This document shows positions 30,108 through 39,686 of a stretch of 64,000 bases of DNA, one piece after another (the stretch's first letter is position 1; every line of letters starts with the position of its first letter). The stretch comes from Candidatus Poribacteria bacterium (GTDB lineage: Bacteria; Poribacteria; WGA-4E; WGA-3G). The stretch covers positions 25,782-89,781 of the forward strand of contig JAJECK010000015.1 of NCBI GenBank assembly GCA_022822085.1, given 5' to 3'. Below the pieces are notes generated by a model. The model was not told the DNA's origin and did not search any database. It saw only the letters and a list, made by a program, of their open reading frames with translations. The position numbers and the translations under genes were made by a program.

Positions 30108-31214
30108 TTATAACTTCCCTAACTGGTCAATAATATCTTCATTTGGAACACGATGCCCTAAACGTTCATCAAGGAATGTCCATGCCACTATACCATTCCG
30201 ATTTAGTATAAAAGTGGCAGGACGTGCGATATGTTTGTTGTTTGGATCAACGACATTATAATCGGCGATCATCTTCTTTTCACTATCAGCGAGTACAGTG
30301 AACTTTAGTCCTTCTTTATCAACTGTTTGCTTTGATGAAGCCACGGTATCAGAACTAATTGCTATGAGTTCTGCACCTTTAGCTTTGATTTTTGCGTAGT
30401 CATCTTGCAACTCTCCGAGTTGCGAAACACAGAAAGGTCACCACCCTCCACGATAAAAGACTATGACTAACTTGGTGTCTCCGATAAATTCATCAAGCGA
30501 ACGTACTTGGTTGTTGCTGTCTGACAGTTCAAACCCTGGAGCTTGACTGCAGTCGATTAGTCCATTACCCGGATCTAAATCCACATTTTCACGAATCATT
30601 GATGTAAGTTTTACATCTATTTCAAAAGTGTTGCCAGCTTCAATTGCATCCACTGTTTGATCATACATCTCGTAACAAGTATGGGTGATTGATAGTGTGA
30701 AAGCATTATCAGCAGGTAGATTTTCAAAAATAAAGGTTCCGTCATCAGAAGTCAAGGTTTCATATTCTTGACCCGATGTTTCTGTAAGTTTAATTAGGAT
30801 ATTGGATAACGGATTGCCTGTTTCTTCATCAGTTAATTGACCATTCAAATGTGCAATAGGTTCTTCTAATGGTGAGAGTGTTACTTTATCAAGCACATAA
30901 GTTTCACCTGCAACAATATCGACTTTAAGTTCTGTTGTTTCATAACCTTTTGCGGATATTTCTACAGTATATTCGCCCTTTTCTATCTCACCCAGATCAT
31001 AATTTCCTACAGAATCAGCTTGTGCGATGAGTTGACCATCTTTCAGAAGACGAACATGAATTGTAACTCCTTCGATCTCTTCAACCTGTACCTGAAGTTT
31101 ACCTGATTCTAACTGAACTTCGTCAATTTTATCAATCGGATCTTCAGTTGATCCACAATTCAGTCCAACCAATATTAACAAAGCCAATGCAATGAGTGCC
31201 ATTGTCTGTTTCAT
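30108..31214 (-). CDS. Selenoprotein: CarboxypepD_reg-like domain + TlpA/ResA-like thioredoxin-fold lipoprotein with a W-U-P-F-C site. The Sec codon is the TGA at 30438-30440.
   Basis: Tracker ORFs 30438..31271 and 30108..30410 are in frame across a single TGA. The read-through is ...KLVIVFYRGGW-U-PFCVSQLGELQDDYAKIK... WUPFC mirrors the thioredoxin WCGPC motif. The probable start is the ATG at 31214 (MKQTMALIALALLILVGLNC lipoprotein signal) with an RBS (aaggaaa). A hairpin sits 14 nt after the UGA. Confidence 0.7.
30407..30423 (-). promoter_or_regulatory. Putative bacterial SECIS stem-loop for selenoprotein 3
   Basis: The mRNA reads GCAACUC-GGA-GAGUUGC, starting 14 nt after the UGA. The flanking uuuc/aaga can extend the stem with one mismatch. 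Confidence 0.6.
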
Positions 31215-31288
31215 GATTATATGTTTCCTTAATCTTATCTTTACTTCACTGTTTTTCAATACCTTCGCCAATAATTAACGGACTTCCA

Positions 31289-31362
31289 GATTGTGCATAT
31301 TGTAGCACATTCATCCTTGATTGTGCATATTATAGCACATTCATCCTTGATTGTGCATATAA
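31289..31362. repeat. Tandem direct repeat, 30-bp unit x ~2.5 (gattgtgcatattgtagcacattcatcctt)
   Basis: Exact tandem copies lie immediately upstream of the selenoprotein-3 start. The unit shares the cttccagattgtgca motif with the composite repeat element at 24040. Confidence 0.7.
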
Positions 31363-31625
31363 CCTTTATTGTCAGTCTGCTGAAAAGTCATTTCTATTGT
31401 CAAATCAGGATCTATGACAATTAAAAACGCTTCAGCAAAAATCTCAAACTATTAATAATCATGTAATCCTACAATATCACAAATCAATGGAAGAACAACA
31501 CTGTATTCTCATTATGCTGAAGCATTAAAAAATGGCGAAGGTATTGATTTTTATAAAGAGATACTATTTTGTAAATTGATATTATTTTGTAGGTAGGTGA
31601 GACAAATCACCTACAACAATGAAAC

Positions 31626-32432
31626 CTAATGGGACGCACGTTGTTTAATAGTTCCCCAAGTCGTGGTCAATTTATCTTGTGCTTCAACAGAAGTTATATT
31701 CACAAGACCGTCAGACATAATAGAATTTATATCGTCTTCAGTCAAGGCGACGTTATAGAGTGCAACTTCATCAATGATCCCATTTGTATATCGGTCAAAA
31801 TGTCTTCCGATATGAAACACACCTTCAGCCGTTCCGTATCCATCATCGGTATTGAAATCGACTGCAGCTTCCATTTTGCCATCAATCCAAATAGATGCTT
31901 TACCGGTATCGGTATTCGCTACACCAGCAACAAAATGCCAATTGTCATCACCAATTTCTGTTGTGCTCTGAGGTCTGAAACTGGTATTACCACTATCGCG
32001 TAAGAAGAAAGTTACCTTGTTATCGCCACCACCGTTCCAAATCATGTACCACGGTGTTGCTTGAGATTTATCTTCATAATTCTTTCCTGCAAGTGAACCA
32101 CCGACCTTCGTTCCTTTGAAATGTGCAGTGAGAGAAAAGGATGTTCCAGACTCAAATGCTACGGTATCGGAATGTGCAACTTCAACCCAATCGTCTGTTC
32201 CATCAAATTGAAGTGCTTTCCCAAATTTTCCATCAACCCAGGTTGCCCCGTGTATTTGACCTTCATTATCTTGACTTGATGAATCACCTGCTACTGTGCC
32301 TGCACCTTCATCAAAAAGCCATAATCCAGTGATATTCTCATATCCATATTCAGCAAAACTTGGATATGCTATTAGTAAAGCGAGACCTATAAACAAAGTT
32401 AACGTAAATCCAAAATATTTCATATTGTCCAT
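31626..32432 (-). CDS. Secreted LamG/concanavalin-A-like lectin-fold protein carrying the conserved C-terminal tail
   Basis: It has a signal peptide (FTLTLFIGLALLIAYPSFA). It is a paralog of 32441..33238 (shared WLFDEGAG..DSS..N.G...GA.WVDG.FGKAL.F.GTDDWVEV.HSDTV.F..GTSFS...H.KG). It ends ...VEAQDKLTTTWGTIKQRASH. Confidence 0.6.
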   Translation of the reverse strand: MDNMKYFGFTLTLFIGLALLIAYPSFAEYGYENITGLWLFDEGAGTVAGDSSSQDNEGQIHGATWVDGKFGKALQFDGTDDWVEVAHSDTVAFESGTSFSLTAHFKGTKVGGSLAGKNYEDKSQATPWYMIWNGGGDNKVTFFLRDSGNTSFRPQSTTEIGDDNWHFVAGVANTDTGKASIWIDGKMEAAVDFNTDDGYGTAEGVFHIGRHFDRYTNGIIDEVALYNVALTEDDINSIMSDGLVNITSVEAQDKLTTTWGTIKQRASH

Positions 32433-32440
32433 ATCCTTTC

Positions 32441-33238
32441 TTATTGTAATTGTCGTTTAATCTTACCCCATGTTGTTGTAAGTTTACCAACAGCAGCGAC
32501 TGCTGCTGCTTCTTCCAAACCATTATTCATAATCGTATCCATTTCATCTTCACTCAAGGCAACATTAAATAGTCCAACATCATCAATGATTCCTTTAGTA
32601 TAACGGTCAAAGTGCCTTGCGATGTGAAAGACACTATCATTCGTACCGTAACCTTCAGAAACATCTAATGTGTCTTCCTGATTCTTTTTACCATCTATCC
32701 ACAAGGATATTTTTTTTGCATCTGCATCTGCAACTGCAGCGATAAAATGCCATTTTTCATCTGAGACAGGCACGGTACTATCTATTTTTGAATTCTTATC
32801 TGCTGAGGTGCGAAGATAGAAAGAAACATTTTGGTCTTGACCACCGTTCCAAAGCAGATACCAAGGTTTGACCTGTGATGTATCTTCATAGCCTTTGCCA
32901 ACAAGTGAACCTCCTACTGCTGAACCTTTGTAATGAAGTGTAATAGAAAAGGAAGTTCCCTTCTTAAACCCAACAGTATCTGAATGTTGAACTTCTACCC
33001 ACCCATCAGTACCATTAAATTCAAGTGCTTTGCCAAATTGACCGTCTACCCATTTTGCTCCGCCTATAACTTTTCCATCATTGCCATTACCAGATGAATC
33101 ATTTGCTTTATCACCGTTCCCTTCGTTAAAAAGCCACATCCCCATAATGTTGTCTGCATTTAAGGCAGCTTGTGACGGAAGGATAAGGAAACAGAATGTA
33201 ATTAGACAGAGTACAAAAATAAATAATATTCTCATCAA
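32441..33238 (-). CDS. Secreted LamG/concanavalin-A-like lectin-fold protein carrying the conserved C-terminal tail
   Basis: It has a signal peptide. It is paralogous to the downstream gene. It ends ...AAVGKLTTTWGKIKRQLQ. Confidence 0.6.
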   Translation of the reverse strand: MMRILFIFVLCLITFCFLILPSQAALNADNIMGMWLFNEGNGDKANDSSGNGNDGKVIGGAKWVDGQFGKALEFNGTDGWVEVQHSDTVGFKKGTSFSITLHYKGSAVGGSLVGKGYEDTSQVKPWYLLWNGGQDQNVSFYLRTSADKNSKIDSTVPVSDEKWHFIAAVADADAKKISLWIDGKKNQEDTLDVSEGYGTNDSVFHIARHFDRYTKGIIDDVGLFNVALSEDEMDTIMNNGLEEAAAVAAVGKLTTTWGKIKRQLQ

Positions 33239-33580
33239 ATTCTCCTTATGTTTTTTATCTAATTTCTTATCAACATTTTCTCATGCTCATAGATTGAAAC
33301 CAACTGATAAAGTATAACATTAATATGGCGTTGCGTCAAGCATATTTGATTATGAAGCAGGGTTATTTAGTTTTATGAATATTCATTGAATGAGTGTAAC
33401 AAGGTGTTTATATCATATAAAGGAATTTCATTTAAGCACCCTCTTCAGTCCCGTCCGAAAACTCTTTTAAATACGGTGTTTTTGTAAATTGACATCTATG
33501 AGATATTGCGTAAATGCGACCAACATTAAGCCATAACTCTGAGCCATGCACATCAACGAAAGATTCTTACGAACTAAATA

Positions 33581-33623
33581 ACCCTGAAATCAACTTGATA
33601 TTATTGGAAAAATATGTCATAAT
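33581..33623 (+). promoter_or_regulatory. Sigma70-like promoter with the upstream AAATAACCCTG element
   Basis: The sequence is aaataaccctg-9 nt-TTGATA-17 nt-(TG)tCATAAT, which includes an extended -10. It lies about 70 nt upstream of the 33692 start. Confidence 0.5.
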
Positions 33624-33691
33624 GATTATACACAGTTACATTATATCTCGTGTGTTTATATCGCACAAAAAATAAGGAATGGAAACAAAAT

Positions 33692-34864
33692 ATGCCACTT
33701 AGTAGGAAAATACGTTATGGAATGGTGGGTGGTGGTCCGGATGCATTCATTGGAGCTGTGCATCGGAAAGCTGCGGCACTTGATGGGGAAATTGATCTGG
33801 TCGCTGGTGCCTTTTCTTCTTCGCCTGAAAAATCAAAACAACAAGGAACAGAACTATTTCTTGATGATGACCGTGTCTACGGTTCATATAAGGAGATGGC
33901 TGAAAAGGAAAGTCAACTTCCTGAGGGAAAAAGGATTGACTTTGTTTCAATTGTTACCCCCAATCACGTTCACTTTGATGTAGCAAAAACCTTTATTGAA
34001 GCCGGTTTCCATGTTGTCTGTGATAAACCCATGACAACGACAGTGGAAGATGCAGAAACCCTATGTAATCTTGTAAAATCACACGATGTTATATTTGCAT
34101 TGACCCACAACTACACTGGTTACCCTATGGTTAAGCAAGCACGTGAACTTGTTAAAGAGGGTAAACTTGGGACACTACGTAAAATAGTTGTGGAATATCC
34201 GCAAGGATGGCTTTCTACTTTTCTTGAAAACGAAGGTGCGAAGCAAGCAGTCTGGCGGACAGATCCAAAACAGGCTGGCGCATCTTCTTGTATAGGGGAC
34301 ATCGGTTCACATGCCGAGAATTTGGCACACTATATTACTGGACTTGAAATGGAAGAGGTGTGTGCTGATATGACCACCTTTGTTGAGGGACGTTTGTTAG
34401 AGGATGATGGAAATCTCTTGGTACATTATGAAAACGGAGTTCGTGGCGTGCTTTTCGCTTCACAAATCTCTGTAGGGGAAGAAAACAACCTCCGAATCAG
34501 AGTATATGGTACAGATGCGTCGCTTGAATGGCATCAAGAAAATCCGAATTACCTGTCTGTCCGTTATCCTGATGGTCCAGAACAGGTATATAAACGTGGG
34601 AATGATTATCTTGCAGAGATTACACAACACAATTCAAGAATACCTTTTGGACACCCAGAGGCGTTTATAGAAGCCTTTGCCAATATTTATGTCAATGCTT
34701 CACGGACAATGGCATCGAAAATTGCAGGAGAATCCCCAGATGAATTTGACACCGATTTCCCAACAGTGCAAGATGGCGCGCGCGGTGTCCACTTCATAAA
34801 TACCGCGGTGGAGAGCGGCAAACAACGTGGATGGGTGGATGCAGCCTATACGCCTCCAGAGTAA
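33692..34864 (+). CDS. Gfo/Idh/MocA-family oxidoreductase
   Basis: The N-terminus has IRYGMVGGGPDAFIG (Rossmann) and ...CDKPMTTTVEDAE (EKP-like motif). The ATG at 33692 with an RBS (aaggaatgg) is preferred over the tracker start at 33650. Confidence 0.75.
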   Translation: MPLSRKIRYGMVGGGPDAFIGAVHRKAAALDGEIDLVAGAFSSSPEKSKQQGTELFLDDDRVYGSYKEMAEKESQLPEGKRIDFVSIVTPNHVHFDVAKTFIEAGFHVVCDKPMTTTVEDAETLCNLVKSHDVIFALTHNYTGYPMVKQARELVKEGKLGTLRKIVVEYPQGWLSTFLENEGAKQAVWRTDPKQAGASSCIGDIGSHAENLAHYITGLEMEEVCADMTTFVEGRLLEDDGNLLVHYENGVRGVLFASQISVGEENNLRIRVYGTDASLEWHQENPNYLSVRYPDGPEQVYKRGNDYLAEITQHNSRIPFGHPEAFIEAFANIYVNASRTMASKIAGESPDEFDTDFPTVQDGARGVHFINTAVESGKQRGWVDAAYTPPE

Positions 34865-34923
34865 CTACAAGGCTAAGGTATTGATCAGATATTGTTACAA
34901 ATGATGTAAAAAGGAGAAAAAAT

Positions 34924-35922
34924 ATGGCAAGACCTGTTACTTTATTTACAGGACAATGGGCAGATTTGACACTTGAAGATTTAGCAAAGAAAGCCAGCGA
35001 GTGGGGATATGACGGATTAGAACTTGCTTGCTGGGGAGATCATTTTGAGACTGATAAAGCACTTTCAGATGATAGTTATTGTCAAGGTAGGCATGACTTA
35101 CTTGAAAAATATGGGTTGAAAGTTTGGTCAATAAGTAATCACCTCGTTGGTCAAGCAGTATGCGATAATATTGATGGACGACATCAAGCAATTTTGTCAG
35201 AACAAATTTGGGGTGATGGAGATCCTGAAGGTGTGCAAAACCGCGCAGCTGAAGAGATGAAAAACACTGCCCGCGCTGCAGCAGCACTCGGCGTTGATGT
35301 TGTTAACGGATTTACGGGGAGTTCAATTTGGCATTTACTCTATTCGTTTCCACCAGTAGACCCTTCACAAATTGATGCTGGATTTAAAGATTTCGCAGAC
35401 AAATGGAATCCTATATTCGATGTTTTTGATGAAGTAGGCGTTAAATTTGGACTTGAAGTCCATCCAACTGAAATAGCATTTGACATCGTAACGGCTGAGC
35501 GTGCAATTGAAGCACTTGACGGTAGAGAAACCTTTGGTTTCAACTACGACCCCAGTCATCTCGGTTATCAAGGAGTTGACTATGTAGCATTTATTGAACG
35601 ATTAGGGGATCGTATCTATCACGTACACATGAAGGATGTCTGGTGGGCGGACACGCCACGGTTGTCCGGTGTATTCGGTGGACATTTGAACTTTGGCGAT
35701 TCAAAACGCTTCTGGGATTTTCGTTCTATCGGTCGTGGCAGTATCAATTTTGAGGAGATTATCCGTGCACTCAACAATATAGGATATGAGGGTCCACTCT
35801 CTATTGAATGGGAAGACAGTGGAATGGACAGAGAACATGGCGCAAGCGAAGCATGTGTTGCTGTAAAAAGTTACGATTTTGAACCTTCAGCTGTCGCCTT
35901 TGATGCTGCATTTGAAGAATAG
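34924..35922 (+). CDS. Sugar phosphate isomerase/epimerase (xylose-isomerase-like TIM barrel)
   Basis: It has the typical layout ([14 protein letters not shown]...FGLEVHPTE...YDPSHL...VHMKD...IEWED). The RBS is aaaggaga. Confidence 0.65.
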   Translation: MARPVTLFTGQWADLTLEDLAKKASEWGYDGLELACWGDHFETDKALSDDSYCQGRHDLLEKYGLKVWSISNHLVGQAVCDNIDGRHQAILSEQIWGDGDPEGVQNRAAEEMKNTARAAAALGVDVVNGFTGSSIWHLLYSFPPVDPSQIDAGFKDFADKWNPIFDVFDEVGVKFGLEVHPTEIAFDIVTAERAIEALDGRETFGFNYDPSHLGYQGVDYVAFIERLGDRIYHVHMKDVWWADTPRLSGVFGGHLNFGDSKRFWDFRSIGRGSINFEEIIRALNNIGYEGPLSIEWEDSGMDREHGASEACVAVKSYDFEPSAVAFDAAFEE

Positions 35923-35924
35923 TC

Positions 35925-36110
35925 CTATACGATTGTTATTATCTTATAGTAGAATCCAAAAATATATACACACTTTTGGTACGTTAAACCTAAACCGCTG
36001 GACTGTGCCGTAGCACAAACTTTCCAGTTTGTGCAGTAGTGTCTGCGCAAACTGGAAAGTTTGCGGTACAAATGTGTGCAAGTAATTATAGATTCCACTA
36101 TAATATCTAC
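35925..36110. repeat. Composite ~170-bp structured repeat element (copy B)
   Basis: It shares atagtagaatccaaaaatatatacacacttttgg..cgttaaacctaaaccg, then the long hairpin caaactttccagtttg..(16-nt loop)..caaactggaaagtttg, then the tail acaaatgtgtgcaagtaattatagattccactataat. It aligns with 62640-62830 and 24040-24215. Confidence 0.7.
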
Positions 36111-36140
36111 AAATTTACACCGCATAGATGGCTTTAATGA

Positions 36141-37235
36141 ATGGGAAAAGGTACTGTTTATACATCTGAATCGCGTTCATTTTACGATAGGCGAACTGGA
36201 ACGCATATTCGTCAGATAACGACTGCTTCCGCACATCACCATCATCCGTTCTTTATTATTCCAGCGTATGATGATAACATGAAGCGTCTGATATTTGTGT
36301 CACATCGGACAGGTACACCGCAGATTTTTGCTGAAGAACGTAGCACAGGACAGCTCAGACAACTCACTGACAGGACTGAATTTAGCGAATGGTCAGTTCA
36401 TCCTTCTCACGATGGAGGTGCTGTGTTTTTTACCGCGGGTACAAGTGGATGGCGACTTGACTTGGAAACGTTGGAAGAACGCGAATTAGTGAACTTCTCT
36501 GCAACAGAAATGCAAGATGAAGGTATGGTCGCTGCAGCGATGGGAACAACAGCGTTAAGTCACGATGACAAATGGTGGGCAGTGCGTTATAGAGTTGGCG
36601 ATGAGTCAGTTCTGAAAATTGTCAGTACGGAGACTGGTGAGTCTGAAATTATTCTACGCAGGGACAGTATCGCGCATCTCCAATTTTGTCCTGATGATTC
36701 CAACTTACTCTATTATGCCGGTCCGCTAACTGACCGAGTTTGGGTTATACACCGTGATGGCACAGGCAACAGAAGATTGTATGCGCGTAATACTGAAAAA
36801 AATGAGTGGATTACACACGAAACTTGGATACCGGGCACACGTGAGTTAGCATTCGTTGATTGGCAACGTGGTGTTCGGTGTATCAATGTTGATACCGATG
36901 AAGAACGACAAGTTACGTCATTCAATGCTTGGCACGCAATATGCAATCCGGAGGGCACTTTAATGGTGGCAGACACGAATTTTCCCGATATCGGTATCCA
37001 AACTTTTAATCCGAGAGATGGAATAGGTGAACCAATTCCCCTTTGTTATCCGAATGCTTCATCATTAGGAGAACATTGGGACGGACAATTTCCTTATGCT
37101 GATGGTCCGGTCCAGGTATATGCTCCGCAGCATACGCATCCACATCCTTCATTTAGTCCTGATGGAAAATATGTTGTATTTACTTCAGATAGAAGCGGAT
37201 TCGCACAAATTTATGAAGCGACTTATACAACCTAA
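36141..37235 (+). CDS. TolB-like/PD40 beta-propeller protein (oligogalacturonate-lyase-like family is possible)
   Basis: Repeated ..SPDG..V.F.S.R.G..QI.. PD40-like units are present (HPSFSPDGKYVVFTSDRSGFAQIYEA). There is no signal peptide. The family call is tentative. Confidence 0.4.
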   Translation: MGKGTVYTSESRSFYDRRTGTHIRQITTASAHHHHPFFIIPAYDDNMKRLIFVSHRTGTPQIFAEERSTGQLRQLTDRTEFSEWSVHPSHDGGAVFFTAGTSGWRLDLETLEERELVNFSATEMQDEGMVAAAMGTTALSHDDKWWAVRYRVGDESVLKIVSTETGESEIILRRDSIAHLQFCPDDSNLLYYAGPLTDRVWVIHRDGTGNRRLYARNTEKNEWITHETWIPGTRELAFVDWQRGVRCINVDTDEERQVTSFNAWHAICNPEGTLMVADTNFPDIGIQTFNPRDGIGEPIPLCYPNASSLGEHWDGQFPYADGPVQVYAPQHTHPHPSFSPDGKYVVFTSDRSGFAQIYEATYTT

Positions 37236-37514
37236 AGTTATTACAGAATTCCATAAGCAGTTAGTTATAGGTAAAGTATGAAAGAACTAATCAGTCAGAA
37301 AAATTTAAGGACATTGATAGATATACCAGAACCATGATACAATTATCAATTATTAACAGTTGCTATACGTAACGAAATAATGCCTTAAATCAAATAACAT
37401 TATGTTCAAATTCTCATGAACCAGATTTCATGCATAGATTCTTTGAGTATTATTGAAGAAATGTAAGCAAAATCCTATAGTGATTTTGACTTATTATAAT
37501 AAGTCAAAATCTTA

Positions 37515-38168
37515 TTGAAGACCTTCATGAACATAAGAGGACTGTACTACATCACACATATTGACAACTTGTCATCTATTTTAAAGAGAGGAATCTTATG
37601 TCATGAAAGAATTGATGCTCTACAAATTCAGAACACGCCAATCTATGATATTGATCTTGTTAATAGACGGAAGGAAAGAAACACTCCGGATGGCAAGAAT
37701 CTCTGGCATTATGTAAACCTATTTTTTCAACCTCGTAACTCAATGCTCTATGGAGTTATAAAGTCAAATGGCATGAAGAACATCGCGGTGTTGGGAATAT
37801 CCAGAAATGTGTTGGACAGACAAGGAATCTTCATAACCAATGGAATTGCATGGAAAAGTTGTACTCAAATTTATCGAAAATCAATGGGAATGCAGTTCCT
37901 TGAGAAACAACAGGAAATACTCCAAAATGACGATTGGATTGACTGGCTCCATTCATCTAAAGTTAAAAATCAACTAATGGCTGAATGTTTGGTTCCTAAA
38001 CAAGTTGAGACAGAGTATATAAGAAAATTTATTGTTGCAGATAAGAGTGTAGCAGATTCAATAAAATGTAACCTTTCCAATGATAATATTCAGAAATTAG
38101 TTGTTGCAGCTAATAACGAAAACAACATATTCACTCCATTCAGCAAAAAAACTGTGATTTCAGCCTAA
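37515..38168 (+). CDS. DarT-like DNA ADP-ribosyltransferase (DUF4433)
   Basis: The N-terminus LYYITHIDNLSSILKRGIL matches the DarT/DUF4433 signature. A conserved ...MAECLVP... block (putative catalytic Glu) is present. It is 217 aa. Confidence 0.6.
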   Translation: MKTFMNIRGLYYITHIDNLSSILKRGILCHERIDALQIQNTPIYDIDLVNRRKERNTPDGKNLWHYVNLFFQPRNSMLYGVIKSNGMKNIAVLGISRNVLDRQGIFITNGIAWKSCTQIYRKSMGMQFLEKQQEILQNDDWIDWLHSSKVKNQLMAECLVPKQVETEYIRKFIVADKSVADSIKCNLSNDNIQKLVVAANNENNIFTPFSKKTVISA

Positions 38169-38239
38169 TACGGAACATATATGTCATAAGTAGGTACCGA
38201 ATGTTTATAATGACAAAATAACGTGATAAAAAATACAAT

Positions 38240-39451
38240 ATGAAGGGTCGTACAATGCAGAATAATAGTCTTTACTATATTACTCATTTAGACAACTTAC
38301 AATCAATTTTTGCAAACGGGATTCTATCCTTTGATAGATTGAAGTCAGAAAATAGAAATGTCATCTCAATATTTAAGGGAAAGACTAAGGCAAAGGATGA
38401 TATTAGTCTTAGATCCTCAATCGTTCCACAATTTTGCAAAGACAATTTATTGAGTTACGTCAGTCTCTATTTTCAACCACGTAACCCATTGTTGTATCGC
38501 GCTATTCTGGAAATTGGTCTCGAAAATCTTGTCATTCTTGAAGTTGCAAACACAGTCCTTAGTAACCCTGGAGTAGTCATTACCGATGGCAAATCCACTG
38601 AAGAGCTAACACAGTTCTATCCATGTCCTCAGGGTTTAAAAAGAATTAAGCAGTTGGACAAAACAATTCGGAGCGATTGGTGGAAAAAATGTGACGGATC
38701 AAAACGACAAATCATGGCAGAATGTTTAGTACCGGAGTCTGTCATTCCTGAGTACATTCGTTCAATTATCATGGCAGACGAAATAGAGACTTTACTTGGA
38801 AAGATAATGTTAGATAATATTAAATTACCCATTGTTTGTCAACCTGAGAAATTCTTCCAACCAAAACGGAGGATTGCTGTAAGTGAAAATATTACACTCA
38901 TTGATGGTGGTGATATGTTTTTCTCTGAGATGCAGACATTTACAATAACAGTCAACCTTCAAGGAATAATGGGTAAAGGTTTGGCTTTACGTGCTAGAGA
39001 ACAATTTTCTGACGTTTATGTTGAATATGAGAAAGCATGTAGAACTAAGAAAATCACTGCTGATCGTCCTTACATTTACAAGCGCGAGGAATCCGTTCTC
39101 CATGAGTTAGTGGATATAGAACCATACCGTAACAAGATTAGGACTCCCTACAGATGGTTTCTGCTTTTTGCAACAAAACGACATTGGAAAACAAACTCAC
39201 GTATTGAGGATATTGAGAATGGTTTGAAATGGGTACAGGAATACGCCAAAACGGAAGGTATGCGATCACTTGCCATGCCTGCTCTAGGTTGTGCTTTAGG
39301 AGGCTTAAATTGGAAAGATGTCGCACCTTTGATGTGCAAATATCTTGATGTAATTGGAATACCTATTGAGATCTATCTTCCCCGAGAATACCCAATTGAA
39401 TCTAGATATCTATCAGAATCACATTTATTTGCACATCAGGCAGTTAGTTAG
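38240..39451 (+). CDS. Fusion protein: N-terminal DarT-like (DUF4433) domain + C-terminal macrodomain (DarG-like ADP-ribose glycohydrolase)
   Basis: The N-terminus LYYITHLDNLQSIFANGIL and ...IMAECLVPESVIPEYI parallel the upstream gene. The C-terminal half has macrodomain motifs: NLQGIMGKGLALRAREQF, ATKRHWKTNSRIEDIENGL and AMPALGCALGGLNWKDVAPLM. Confidence 0.6.
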   Translation: MKGRTMQNNSLYYITHLDNLQSIFANGILSFDRLKSENRNVISIFKGKTKAKDDISLRSSIVPQFCKDNLLSYVSLYFQPRNPLLYRAILEIGLENLVILEVANTVLSNPGVVITDGKSTEELTQFYPCPQGLKRIKQLDKTIRSDWWKKCDGSKRQIMAECLVPESVIPEYIRSIIMADEIETLLGKIMLDNIKLPIVCQPEKFFQPKRRIAVSENITLIDGGDMFFSEMQTFTITVNLQGIMGKGLALRAREQFSDVYVEYEKACRTKKITADRPYIYKREESVLHELVDIEPYRNKIRTPYRWFLLFATKRHWKTNSRIEDIENGLKWVQEYAKTEGMRSLAMPALGCALGGLNWKDVAPLMCKYLDVIGIPIEIYLPREYPIESRYLSESHLFAHQAVS

Positions 39452-39686
39452 ACTACAGTTACTTTCGTTAGGACAAGTGAGAACACTTAGACAATTTAGG
39501 TAATGACACATTCATATCGTATATAATAGTCGGCAAACATTTTTTTGTTGAACAACGGACGAATATTAATGGTAAAACATTACTTAAAATTGAATCGCTC
39601 TAAATGATCCCTTGAATCTCTAGATTAAACAGAGTTATTAAACGAATTCAAATTCTTATAAAAATTTACAATAACAGGAGAAAAAA

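Noticed and set aside
28095-30440. In-frame TGA codons interpreted as gene-disrupting nonsense mutations or a frameshift (split pseudogenes)
   Set aside because: The same TGA position is conserved in three diverged paralogs. It falls exactly at the CxxC first-Cys position. A conserved hairpin sits 14 nt downstream of each. Programmed Sec recoding is far more parsimonious.
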